A stretch of 32,000 nucleotides of DNA, from contig NC_000909.1 of assembly GCF_000091665.1 (NCBI RefSeq), positions 182,871-214,870 of the forward strand, read 5' to 3'. Numbering within the stretch: the stretch's first letter is position 1; every line of letters starts with the position of its first letter. Below, piece by piece: positions 1 through 8,258 of this stretch. A model generated the notes under the pieces. It was not told where the DNA came from. It searched no databases and was given only the letters and a program-made list of their open reading frames with translations. The position numbers and the translations under genes were made by a program. The stretch is from Methanocaldococcus jannaschii DSM 2661. Lineage in GTDB: Archaea > AGJL01 > Methanococci > Methanococcales > Methanocaldococcaceae.

Positions 1-618
1 TAATTTTTTACCATTGTCGGCAAGTGTTTTTGATAACTCTTTAAAACAATTCTGTAATTCTTTAACTTTTTTATGGTAAGATTCTTCTTCATTTTCGTCT
101 TCTTTTGATGCATTGACTACGTATCCAACAAATTTGCTTCCATCAAAACTTGCGTTTATTTTAATCCCAGATAGTTCTGTTATGGGAGAAGTCCCTGCTT
201 TAATATTTGTTGCATTTATTGCTCCTAAAACCATGTTTTTCCAAAGATTAACTGACTTCTTTCCTAATTTTTTAATTTTATCTTTTATTTCTTTTGTAAT
301 AGTTTCGTCCTTATTTAATTTAGCTTCTAATTCGTCCCAAATAAACTCCAATAATGAATAAGGCAAATTATCATCTTTTTCATAAAGCCAAGCATCAAAT
401 TTTAAGCAAATAAATTCATTTTTATCCAATTTACTCATAATATGGTTTATAACGCTACTCTTCCCACTACCTCAATTTCCATAAAGGGCTATCATATTAT
501 TCTTCTGCAAATAATCCCATCTATTTTCAATAAATCTTGCTATAGCATCTGCCTTCTTCTTTATTCCTAACCTATCATATTCATCCAAATTTTTTAAAGG
601 CATGTCAGGGCTTAACAT
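1..618 (-). pseudogene. KAP-family-like P-loop ATPase, N-terminal part, truncated by window edge, with in-frame TGA at 472-474
   Basis: Reverse-strand translation from ATG 618: MLSPDMPLKNLDEYDRLGIKKKADAIARFIENRWDYLQKNNMIALYGN*GSGKSSVINHIMSKLDKNEFICLKFDAWLYEKDDNLPYSLLEFIWDELEAKL..., open to the window edge apart from one TGA inside the P-loop GN(W)GSGKSS. The FDAWLYEK motif is typical of KAP NTPases. Confidence 0.65.
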
Positions 619-732
619 AACCCTCCCCCCACATAAGCTAATAATTTTGATACTGTTAGCTTAGATAACTTTTATTAATCCTAAAAAATATATATCCTTA
701 ACCATATCAAAAGCTTAGGAGTTGTGAATATT

Positions 733-957
733 ATGATAACTAAACAATTTGATAGACATTTAAAGTATTACACTACAATAGTTAAAGTTTTTGCTAATGG
801 TATTATTTTGATAACTGCTTACTACTTAGTGTTTGAGCTTCCAGTAGGTTATTTAATAGGATTATACATCATTATGTTTGTTGTGTGGTTATTGGTGTCA
901 ATGTTTTTCTTAGGTAGATTGTTGGATTTTATGGCTAAAATGGATTTAAAAAAATAA
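733..957 (+). CDS. small hydrophobic membrane protein (possible N-terminal half of a frameshift-split gene)
   Basis: ORF with two hydrophobic segments; Shine-Dalgarno-like aggag at 717-721. GTG 724 is an alternative start. Confidence 0.5.
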   Translation: MITKQFDRHLKYYTTIVKVFANGIILITAYYLVFELPVGYLIGLYIIMFVVWLLVSMFFLGRLLDFMAKMDLKK

Positions 958-1012
958 ACAAAAAGCTAAATTTGATATTTTAACCAATTTTTGTGATACT
1001 GCCATTAATGCC

Positions 1013-1162
1013 ATGTGTTATGGTATAATAGTGATGATACTATTTAGTTTGTATAAGGGTTTAGCTCCAAACTCTGCCATAGTTGGAATAAGCATAATGA
1101 TAATAATAGCAATTGGAATATACTTAATAATAGAGTATGCTATAAAAAAGATTATTGGGTAG
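1013..1162 (+). CDS. short hydrophobic ORF in the +1 frame relative to 724-957 (possible C-terminal half)
   Basis: This frame is open from 950 to TAG 1160-1162. Translation ...KQKAKFDILTNFCDTAINAMCYGIIVMILFSLYKGLAPNSAIVGISIMIIIAIGIYLIIEYAIKKIIG. First ATG is at 1013, with no good start upstream. Confidence 0.35.
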   Translation: MCYGIIVMILFSLYKGLAPNSAIVGISIMIIIAIGIYLIIEYAIKKIIG

Positions 1163-1274
1163 GTTTTGCTTCTAACTTTTTAGAGGCATAGAACAACCAC
1201 AAACAGCCAACCAAGACCATAGCCAATAAAAACAAACTAATCATAATTGATGCTATAATTATATCCGTTTCCAT
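1152..1274 (-). CDS. 40-aa single-span membrane mini-protein, absent from ORF track
   Basis: METDIIIASIMISLFLLAMVLVGCLWLFYASKKLEAKPTQ*, preceded by Shine-Dalgarno-like gaggatgat; one hydrophobic helix followed by a basic tail. Confidence 0.45.
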   Translation of the reverse strand: METDIIIASIMISLFLLAMVLVGCLWLFYASKKLEAKPTQ

Positions 1275-1344
1275 AACATCATCCTCTTTTTTGTGTTGTT
1301 ATATTCTTATGTAAGCAGTTAGTTATATAGATTGTGACAAACCA

Positions 1345-2553
1345 TTAAGTTGTATATTCAGCGTTTATTCTAACATACTCATAGCTTAAATCACATCCAT
1401 AACAAACGTTCTCAAACTCCCCCATCTTCAAATCAACAACTATCTTTATTTCATCACTTTTCATAATCTCCTCGGCCTTTTTTAGCTCTTCAGTTCCTTC
1501 ATCAGCCAATGGAATCCCATCTTTAACTAAATAAACCTCATCTTTATAGTTGCTCAATATAACATCAACAACTTCTGGGTTGAAATCAGCCCCACTATAT
1601 CCAACAGCAGCAACAATCCTTCCCCAATTTGGGTCTCCACCAAACACAGCAGTTTTAACTAACAAAGAATTAACTATAGCCTTTGATGCTTTAACTGCAT
1701 CCTCCTCAGTTTTAGCCCCTTTAACAACAACCTCCATAAATTTGGTAGCTCCTTCACCATCCTTAACAATCATCTTGGCAAGCTCTCTGCACACATACAA
1801 TAAGGCATTTTCAAACTCTTCTCCACATTCTTCATAATTAACTCCACTTAATCCATTAGCTAAAACAAAAACGGTATCATTTGTTGAAGTGTCTCCATCA
1901 ACGGATATGTTGTTGAATGTTTTATCTACAACCTTTTGCAAGATATTTGTTAAGCTTTCTTTATCAATCTCTATGTCTGTTGTTATAAAGCAAAGCATAG
2001 TAGCATGTAACATATTTGGAGCTATCATCCCAGCTCCTTTTGCTATCCCCCCAACTCTAACAGTTTTTCCATTAACCTCAAACTCCACAGCTATTTCCTT
2101 TGGTTTTGTATCAGTTGTCATTATTGCTTTGGCAGCGTTTATTGAGCTGTTTCCTTCTTTTATTAAATTATAAACCTTATTTATTCTATCTTTTATAATG
2201 TTCATATCCATCTTTCTTCCAATAACTCCAGTTGAGGCTACTAAAACCTCATCTTCATTAATATTAAAGAGCTCTGCTACTAATCTCTGCATTTCTTTAG
2301 CATCTTCCATTCCATCTTTTGTAAAACAGTTGGCGTTTCCACTATTTGCAACTATTGCTCTAAATTTATCTCTATTTTTTATCAACTCCCTTGATAAAAC
2401 TACAGGATGAGCTACAACTTTATTTGTTGTGAATGTCCCAGCTCCTACTGCATCTTTTTCAGAGATAATTATCGCTACTCCAAACTTACCCTCTTTGTAT
2501 CCATTGGCTTTAAATCCCTTAGGGGCTGTAACTCCACCATCAATAACTCTCAT
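1345..2553 (-). CDS. argJ: Glutamate N-acetyltransferase / ornithine acetyltransferase ArgJ
   Basis: 402 aa; ArgJ motifs KGAGMIAPNM, HATMLCFITTD (autocleavage region) and GDTSTNDTVF, GGDPNWGR. Confidence 0.95.
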   Translation of the reverse strand: MRVIDGGVTAPKGFKANGYKEGKFGVAIIISEKDAVGAGTFTTNKVVAHPVVLSRELIKNRDKFRAIVANSGNANCFTKDGMEDAKEMQRLVAELFNINEDEVLVASTGVIGRKMDMNIIKDRINKVYNLIKEGNSSINAAKAIMTTDTKPKEIAVEFEVNGKTVRVGGIAKGAGMIAPNMLHATMLCFITTDIEIDKESLTNILQKVVDKTFNNISVDGDTSTNDTVFVLANGLSGVNYEECGEEFENALLYVCRELAKMIVKDGEGATKFMEVVVKGAKTEEDAVKASKAIVNSLLVKTAVFGGDPNWGRIVAAVGYSGADFNPEVVDVILSNYKDEVYLVKDGIPLADEGTEELKKAEEIMKSDEIKIVVDLKMGEFENVCYGCDLSYEYVRINAEYTT

Positions 2554-2563
2554 ATTTCCACCT

Positions 2564-3001
2564 TTACTCTTTCTTTAATTCAATTAAAGCTATCTTCTCC
2601 AAAACTCTTTCAACAACATTTCCAAAACCCCTAATCTTAAAAATTTCTCTAATCAATCTTTCCTTATCTTCATTAATTTCCAAAACAGAATCATCAATTT
2701 CTCCACCAATAAGCTCATAAATTTTTCTAAAAGTCTCTTCATCTTCACAGATTAAGCAAACATTCCCATCTTTAGCTCCAATAATCTTTATTGCCTCATG
2801 TATCTGCCTCTGTCCAGAAGCTCTAACCAAAATTTCCATCCAAAAACTCTTTGCTATTGGTTTTTTTGTCTTTGCTTGATTTATAGCATGCAAAACATGT
2901 TTCTTTGTAGCTACTACATCAGCGTTTAAAATTTGAAACTTTAAACCTAAATTAAAAATTTCATTATTTATCCTTGCCCCTCTTATTCCCCTAATTATCA
3001 T
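2564..3001 (-). CDS. Cgi121-like KEOPS complex subunit
   Basis: 145 aa; pattern FWMEILVRASGQRQIHEAIKIIGAKDG typical of archaeal Cgi121 / UPF-type KEOPS subunit. Confidence 0.75.
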   Translation of the reverse strand: MIIRGIRGARINNEIFNLGLKFQILNADVVATKKHVLHAINQAKTKKPIAKSFWMEILVRASGQRQIHEAIKIIGAKDGNVCLICEDEETFRKIYELIGGEIDDSVLEINEDKERLIREIFKIRGFGNVVERVLEKIALIELKKE

Positions 3002-3003
3002 AA

Positions 3004-3801
3004 TTATCCCAATACTCCATTTTTGTTGTATTTTATTACCTTAACACTGTTTTCGTCATCACTATCAACAATCTTAACATCCTCCAGTGATTTTAAATTC
3101 ATAATCTCAGCTGTCTTTTCTATACCAAGCTTTTTATCAGTGTCTAAATAAATTACATAGGCATCCAACTTCGGCACTCCCATTTTATACGCTGCTACTG
3201 CCCTATGATGTCCATCTACCAATATATAATAATCTCCCCTTTTTGTTTTTATTGCAATTATTGGCTCTGCCAAACCTTTTTTTAGTTCATACATTCTGCC
3301 AACCAGCTCATCAGCGTGTATTTTATTCTGTGTTGGTCTCAATTTATTAACATCTACCTCTTCTTTTTCAACTCTCAAATTGTAACCTAAGCTTTTATAA
3401 GTTTTGATTATATTTTCCAATTTTTTAGGCGTGGTTTTCTCTATTTGAGACCTGATAACATCCATATTAGATATAATTCCAACTAAATTATTTTCTTCAT
3501 CAACAACTGGCAATTTTGAGAAACCAGTTCTAAACATTATTCTACCAACATCCATTATATTGGCATCAGGAGTTGTAACAACCATATCTTTCCTTTTTGT
3601 CATTACATTTTCTACTTTCTCATTATCATCCTTTCCTACAATATCATGAACAGAAACTATCCCTATTAGCTTTCCATTCTCAACCACAGGAAATGAATTG
3701 TGTCCAGTCTCTTTCAACAATTTAATAACATCTTTAACTGTATTATCTTTTGAAACAGTAACAACCTTCTTTGTCATATATTCAGATACCTTTACTGACA
3801 T
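3004..3801 (-). CDS. Protein with two N-terminal CBS domains and a ParB/Srx-like domain
   Basis: Two CBS repeats (KVSEYMTKKVVTV..., KVENVMTKRKDMVVTT...) followed by ILVDGHHRAVAAYKMG, a ParB-like motif. Confidence 0.85.
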   Translation of the reverse strand: MSVKVSEYMTKKVVTVSKDNTVKDVIKLLKETGHNSFPVVENGKLIGIVSVHDIVGKDDNEKVENVMTKRKDMVVTTPDANIMDVGRIMFRTGFSKLPVVDEENNLVGIISNMDVIRSQIEKTTPKKLENIIKTYKSLGYNLRVEKEEVDVNKLRPTQNKIHADELVGRMYELKKGLAEPIIAIKTKRGDYYILVDGHHRAVAAYKMGVPKLDAYVIYLDTDKKLGIEKTAEIMNLKSLEDVKIVDSDDENSVKVIKYNKNGVLG

Positions 3802-3840
3802 AATGACACCATCAGCATAAATTTTTAAATTTTTATATTG

Positions 3841-3941
3841 TAATAGAACTTTCGCAGTTTGTATATTTTATTAAAGGCATTTAAATGCCTAAAGGCATTA
3901 TTATTCCATAGAACATTTATTCCTACGAAAGTTCCATTGTA
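3841..3941. repeat. intergenic inverted-repeat element A
   Basis: Imperfect 19-nt inverted repeat (3841-3859 and 3923-3941, 15/19 matching) flanking the perfect palindrome AGGCATTTAAATGCCT at 3877-3892. Confidence 0.6.
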
Positions 3942-4064
3942 AATTATTTTAAGGATTAGATATAAATACTTCAACATCAAATTAATAACTATCCTTTAAC
4001 CTTACTAAAAACCGAAAATAATATATAATATGGTATCCATTAATCATAACGTTGAGTATTGTGG

Positions 4065-4090
4065 GAATATATAAAAAGAATATATAAAAA
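4065..4090 (+). promoter_or_regulatory. duplicated TATA-like promoter element upstream of tRNA-Ser
   Basis: Perfect head-to-tail 13-nt repeat GAATATATAAAAA GAATATATAAAAA; the second copy lies about 25 nt upstream of the tRNA 5' end. Confidence 0.55.
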
Positions 4091-4107
4091 ATGAAACACG
4101 TTTCAGA

Positions 4108-4196
4108 GCGGAGGTAGCCTAGCCCGGCCAAGGCGTGGGACTGGAGATCCCATGGGGCTTTGCCCCGCGGGGGTTCAAATCCCCCCCTCCGCGCCA
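4108..4196 (+). tRNA. tRNA-Ser(GGA), CCA encoded
   Basis: Acceptor GCGGAGG/CCTCCGC, anticodon stem TGGGA/TCCCA with loop CTGGAGA, GC-rich long variable arm (TGGGGCTTTGCCCCG), T-arm GGGGGTTCAAATCCCCC, GCCA 3' end. Confidence 0.95.
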
Positions 4197-4255
4197 CTTC
4201 TTTTTATTTTTTAATATCTATTTACTATAAAACACGAAATTATGGAGGTGCAACC

Positions 4256-4720
4256 TTGACCGAGAATATGCAAAATTCTGAATTTAAGTATTTAATTAGA
4301 GTTTCAAGGACAGATTTAGATGGGAACAAAAAGTTAATAATGGCTCTCCAGGACATCTACGGTGTTGGAGAGGCAATGGCAAGGGCAATTGTAAGAGTTG
4401 CTAAATTAGACCCTAACAAATTAGCTGGTTATTTAACAGAGGAAGAAGTTAAAAAAATTGAAGAAGTATTGGCAGACCCTGCTAAATTTGGAATCCCATC
4501 ATGGATGTTTAACAGAAGAAAAGATTATGTTACTGGAGAGGATAAACACGTTATTGAAAGCGATTTAATGATTATAAAACAGGAAGATATTAACAGATTG
4601 AAGAGAATCAGATGTTATAGAGGAATTAGACACGAGCTTGGATTACCATGTAGAGGACAGAGAACAAAGAGTACATTTAGAAGAGGTCCAACTGTTGGAG
4701 TTTCAAGAAGAAAGAAATAA
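4256..4720 (+). CDS. rps13: 30S ribosomal protein S13 (uS13)
   Basis: S13 signatures ([38 protein letters not shown]). TTG 4256 has SD ggaggtg nearby; the track start at 4160 lies inside the tRNA. ATG 4268 is an alternative. Confidence 0.93.
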   Translation: MTENMQNSEFKYLIRVSRTDLDGNKKLIMALQDIYGVGEAMARAIVRVAKLDPNKLAGYLTEEEVKKIEEVLADPAKFGIPSWMFNRRKDYVTGEDKHVIESDLMIIKQEDINRLKRIRCYRGIRHELGLPCRGQRTKSTFRRGPTVGVSRRKK

Positions 4721-4777
4721 ATTATTAAATGAAACACTTAGCATAACATTCAACAAAAAATTATTGAAGGTGATTAG

Positions 4778-5341
4778 ATGGGAGACCCAAGGAGAAGATT
4801 TAAAAAGACTTATGAAACACCAAACCATCCATGGATTAAAGAGAGAATTGAGAGAGAAAAAGAGTTGTGTAGGAAGTATGGTTTAAGAAGAAAGAGAGAA
4901 GTTTGGAAAGCAGAGACAATATTAAGAAAATACAGAAGACAGGCAAGAAGATTAATTAGTGATAGAACAGAGCAAGGAGCTAAAGAAGCTGTCCAGCTTT
5001 TCAATGTATTAAAAAAATACGGTATCTTAAAAATTGAGAACCCAACACTTGATGATGTCTTATCATTAACCGTTGAAGATATCTTAGAGAGAAGATTACA
5101 AACACTTGTATTTAGAAAAGGATTAGCAAGAACACCAAGACAAGCAAGACAGTTAATTGTTCATGGACATATAGCAGTTAATGGTAGAGTTGTAACTGCT
5201 CCAAGCTACATGGTAACAGTTGAAGAAGAAGACAAAATCAGCTATGCTAAAAACTCCCCATTCAACGATGACAATCACCCAGAAAGAGCTAAAATTGTTG
5301 GATTAGTAGCAGAAGAAACACAGACACAGGAGACAGAATAA
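4778..5341 (+). CDS. rps4: 30S ribosomal protein S4 (uS4)
   Basis: S4 RNA-binding domain, e.g. [34 protein letters not shown]. Confidence 0.95.
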   Translation: MGDPRRRFKKTYETPNHPWIKERIEREKELCRKYGLRRKREVWKAETILRKYRRQARRLISDRTEQGAKEAVQLFNVLKKYGILKIENPTLDDVLSLTVEDILERRLQTLVFRKGLARTPRQARQLIVHGHIAVNGRVVTAPSYMVTVEEEDKISYAKNSPFNDDNHPERAKIVGLVAEETQTQETE

Positions 5342-5366
5342 AAATATAAATTAAAGGTGAAACACT

Positions 5367-5756
5367 ATGGCAGAACAGAAAAAAGAAAAATGGGGAATAG
5401 TTCATATCTACTCATCTTACAACAACACAATAATCCATGCAACAGACATTACAGGAGCAGAGACAATTGCAAGAGTTTCAGGTGGGAGGGTTACAAGAAA
5501 CCAGAGAGATGAGGGTTCTCCTTACGCAGCAATGCAGGCAGCATTTAAATTGGCAGAGGTATTAAAAGAGAGAGGAATTGAAAACATCCATATCAAAGTT
5601 AGAGCTCCAGGAGGTAGTGGGCAGAAAAACCCAGGACCTGGAGCTCAGGCTGCTATTAGAGCTTTAGCAAGAGCTGGATTAAGAATTGGAAGAATTGAAG
5701 ATGTTACACCAGTTCCACATGATGGAACAACACCTAAGAAGAGGTTCAAAAAGTAA
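5367..5756 (+). CDS. rps11: 30S ribosomal protein S11 (uS11)
   Basis: S11 motifs [44 protein letters not shown]. Confidence 0.96.
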   Translation: MAEQKKEKWGIVHIYSSYNNTIIHATDITGAETIARVSGGRVTRNQRDEGSPYAAMQAAFKLAEVLKERGIENIHIKVRAPGGSGQKNPGPGAQAAIRALARAGLRIGRIEDVTPVPHDGTTPKKRFKK

Positions 5757-5767
5757 GGTGATAATCT

Positions 5768-6343
5768 TTGATTACAATCAAAGAAAAGAGAAAGACAAGA
5801 ATTGGGGAGGAATTTATTTTTTCTTTAAAAGCCCCAATTTCATTTTCTAATGCTATTAGGAGAATAATGATTTCTGAAGTTCCAACCTTTGCTATTGAAG
5901 ATGTTTATATATATGAGAACTCATCATCAATGGATGATGAGATTTTAGCACATAGATTGGGTTTAATTCCAATTAAAGGAAAACCATTATTAGAGAATGA
6001 AGTTATAACATTCACCTTAGAAAAAGAGGGGCCTTGCACAGTTTATTCATCAGATTTAAAATCTGAAAATGGAGAAGTTGCTTTTAAAAACATTCCAATT
6101 GTTAAATTAGGAAAAGGGCAAAGAATACAGATTGAATGTGAAGCAATTCCTGGCATTGGAAAGGTTCATGCAAAATGGCAACCATGCAATGCTGTCTATA
6201 AACAAATTGCTGATGATGAAGTAGAATTTTTCGTTGAAACATTTGGACAAATGGAAGCTGAAGAAATCTTAGAAGAAGCTGTTAAAATACTAAAAAATAA
6301 AGCTGAAAGTTTCTTACAACAGTTAGAAATGATTGAACAATAA
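5768..6343 (+). CDS. rpoD: DNA-directed RNA polymerase subunit D (Rpo3), TTG start
   Basis: [51 protein letters not shown] is typical of Rpo3/RpoA; no inserted ferredoxin domain. Confidence 0.95.
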   Translation: MITIKEKRKTRIGEEFIFSLKAPISFSNAIRRIMISEVPTFAIEDVYIYENSSSMDDEILAHRLGLIPIKGKPLLENEVITFTLEKEGPCTVYSSDLKSENGEVAFKNIPIVKLGKGQRIQIECEAIPGIGKVHAKWQPCNAVYKQIADDEVEFFVETFGQMEAEEILEEAVKILKNKAESFLQQLEMIEQ

Positions 6344-6420
6344 AAAACCATTTTCATTCTAATTATTTGTCAAACCTTATAATAATTATAAAAGGTTTGA
6401 AGGAAAACACGGTGATATAT

Positions 6421-6786
6421 ATGGCAAAGAAAATAACAGCTACAAACCCAAGGTTGGTTAAGTTAATTGAGATATTAAAGCAGGAAAGTTATAAAAATCA
6501 GGCAAAGATTTGGAAGGATATTGCAAGAAGGTTAGCAAAACCAAGAAGAAGGAGAGCAGAGGTAAATTTAAGTAAGATAAACAGATACACAAAAGAAGGA
6601 GATGTTGTTTTAGTTCCTGGTAAAGTTTTAGGAGCTGGGAAGTTAGAGCACAAGGTTGTCGTTGCTGCATTTGCATTCTCAGAAACAGCTAAAAAATTAA
6701 TTAAAGAAGCTGGAGGAGAAGCAATAACAATTGAAGAGCTAATAAAAAGAAATCCAAAAGGTTCAAATGTTAAAATTATGGCGTAA
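6421..6786 (+). CDS. rpl18e: 50S ribosomal protein L18e (eL18)
   Basis: [19 protein letters not shown]...[32 protein letters not shown]; ATG 6421 with ggtgat upstream. Confidence 0.93.
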   Translation: MAKKITATNPRLVKLIEILKQESYKNQAKIWKDIARRLAKPRRRRAEVNLSKINRYTKEGDVVLVPGKVLGAGKLEHKVVVAAFAFSETAKKLIKEAGGEAITIEELIKRNPKGSNVKIMA

Positions 6787-6817
6787 ATATAAACTGGATT
6801 AAAACACGGTGATAGTT

Positions 6818-7231
6818 ATGACAGTAATAGATGCTGAAGGAGCGATATTGGGAAGATTGGCTTCAGAAGTAGCAAAAAGAGTTTTGAGAGGAGAAGAAAT
6901 TGTTATTGTAAATGCTGAGATGGTAGTTATTACAGGTAACAAGGACTGGATTATAAAAACCTACCAAGAGGAAAGAGAGAAGAAAAACGTTGCTAACCCA
7001 AGAAGATTTGGGCCGAAATTCCCAAGAAGACCAGATGATATATTAAGAAGAACAATTAGAAAGATGCTTCCATACAAAAAACCAAAAGGAAGAGAGGCAT
7101 TTAAGAGAGTTAAAGTTTATGTTGGAAATCCTAAAAACTTAACAGTTGATGAAAAAATAAGCCACAAATTAAACACCACCAAATATATAACATTAGCTGA
7201 GTTAAGCAAACACTTAGGAGCGAAGTTCTGA
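6818..7231 (+). CDS. rpl13: 50S ribosomal protein L13 (uL13)
   Basis: MTVIDAEGAILGRLASEVAKRVLRGEEIVIVNAEMVVITG; ATG 6818 preceded by ggtgat. Confidence 0.94.
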   Translation: MTVIDAEGAILGRLASEVAKRVLRGEEIVIVNAEMVVITGNKDWIIKTYQEEREKKNVANPRRFGPKFPRRPDDILRRTIRKMLPYKKPKGREAFKRVKVYVGNPKNLTVDEKISHKLNTTKYITLAELSKHLGAKF

Positions 7232-7240
7232 GGTGATTAA

Positions 7241-7651
7241 ATGGGAAAAATTGTTATAACAGTTGGTAAAAGAAAAAGAGCTATTGCGAGAGCAGTAGCA
7301 AGAGAAGGGAAGGGAAGAATAAGAATAAACAAAATACCTATTGAGTTAATTGAGCCCAAATATAAGAGAATGAAGTTAATGGAACCAATTTTATTAGCTG
7401 GAGAGGAAGTTATTAGCCAAATGGATATTGATGTTACAGTTAAAGGCGGAGGAGTAATGGGACAAATGGATGCTGCAAGAACAGCTATTGGTAAAGCTAT
7501 TGTTGAATTTACAGGTAGCAAAGAGTTGAGAGACAAGTTCTTAGCTTACGACAGAACATTATTGGTTAGCGATGCAAGAAGAACCGAACCACACAAACCA
7601 AGTAGGTCAACAAAGGGTCCAAGAGCAAAGAGACAAAAGTCATACAGATAA
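7241..7651 (+). CDS. rps9: 30S ribosomal protein S9 (uS9)
   Basis: [23 protein letters not shown]...[24 protein letters not shown]. Confidence 0.96.
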   Translation: MGKIVITVGKRKRAIARAVAREGKGRIRINKIPIELIEPKYKRMKLMEPILLAGEEVISQMDIDVTVKGGGVMGQMDAARTAIGKAIVEFTGSKELRDKFLAYDRTLLVSDARRTEPHKPSRSTKGPRAKRQKSYR

Positions 7652-7708
7652 ATTTATTTTACAATTTTTGGAAAGATATTATCTTTTCTTTTATTTTGGG
7701 TGAGAAAC

Positions 7709-7930
7709 ATGATGTTCCCTATTAGATGTTTTTCCTGTGGTAATGTTATCGCTGAAGTTTTTGAAGAGTACAAAGAGAGAATTTTAAAAGGAGAGAATCC
7801 AAAAGATGTTTTGGATGATTTAGGCATTAAAAAATACTGCTGTAGAAGAATGTTTATCTCTTACAGAATAGGAGAGGATGGAAGAGAAATTATTGATGAA
7901 ATAATAGCTCATGACGAGAGATATCTATAA
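7709..7930 (+). CDS. rpoN: DNA-directed RNA polymerase subunit N (Rpo10)
   Basis: MMFPIRCFSCGNVIAEVFEEY...GIKKYCCRRMFISY, zinc-ribbon CFSCG...CCRRM. Confidence 0.96.
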   Translation: MMFPIRCFSCGNVIAEVFEEYKERILKGENPKDVLDDLGIKKYCCRRMFISYRIGEDGREIIDEIIAHDERYL

Positions 7931-7961
7931 TTAGATTTTTAAACTTATTATTCTTTTTAAC

Positions 7962-8038
7962 GGGGCCGTGGGGTAGCCTGGATATCCTGTGCGCTTGGGG
8001 GGCGTGCGACCCGGGTTCAAGTCCCGGCGGCCCCACCA
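7962..8038 (+). tRNA. tRNA-Pro(GGG), CCA encoded
   Basis: Acceptor GGGGCCG/CGGCCCC, anticodon loop TTGGGGG on stem TGCGC/GCGTG, T-arm CCGGGTTCAAGTCCCGG, ACCA end. Confidence 0.93.
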
Positions 8039-8070
8039 TTTGATATTTTATATATTTCAGAGGTGAGATA

Positions 8071-8244
8071 TTGAAATTAACAAAATTTGAGATTGCAAGG
8101 ATATTGGGAGCGAGAAGTTTGCAGATATCAAGTGGAGCATATGCAACAATAGAAACAAAATGTGATAGCTCATTGAAAATAGCTTATGAAGAAATTAAAC
8201 AAGGAAAAGTTCCTTTAAAACCAATAAGACCGGTAAAAGCTTAA
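8071..8244 (+). CDS. rpoK: DNA-directed RNA polymerase subunit K (Rpo6), TTG start, absent from ORF track
   Basis: Translation MKLTKFEIARILGARSLQISSGAYATIETKCDSSLKIAYEEIKQGKVPLKPIRPVKA*; hallmark of RpoK/RPB6. SD gaggtga upstream of TTG 8071. Confidence 0.93.
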   Translation: MKLTKFEIARILGARSLQISSGAYATIETKCDSSLKIAYEEIKQGKVPLKPIRPVKA

Positions 8245-8258
8245 TTGTTTTTAACTAC

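Noticed and set aside
472-474. TGA read as selenocysteine in the KAP-like gene
   Set aside because: Selenoproteins exist in this lineage, but the position is a conserved Trp in a P-loop, not a redox Cys. A SECIS cannot be checked because the 3' end is outside the window. A nonsense mutation is simpler.
1550-2410. Plus-strand ORFs opposite argJ
   Set aside because: Low-complexity Ser/Pro/Thr-rich shadow translations of a strongly supported gene. The same applies to plus-strand ORFs opposite the atp operon and minus-strand ORFs opposite purM, purF, sucC and the DUF89 gene.
3982-4197. Minus-strand 71-aa [22 protein letters not shown]...
   Set aside because: It is antisense to tRNA-Ser and its promoter; the peptide is a translation of tRNA sequence, a common artefact.
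4160-4255. N-terminal extension [13 protein letters not shown]... of S13 in the ORF track
   Set aside because: It lies in the 3' half of tRNA-Ser and its trailer; the TTG at 4256 with a ggaggtg SD is a better start.
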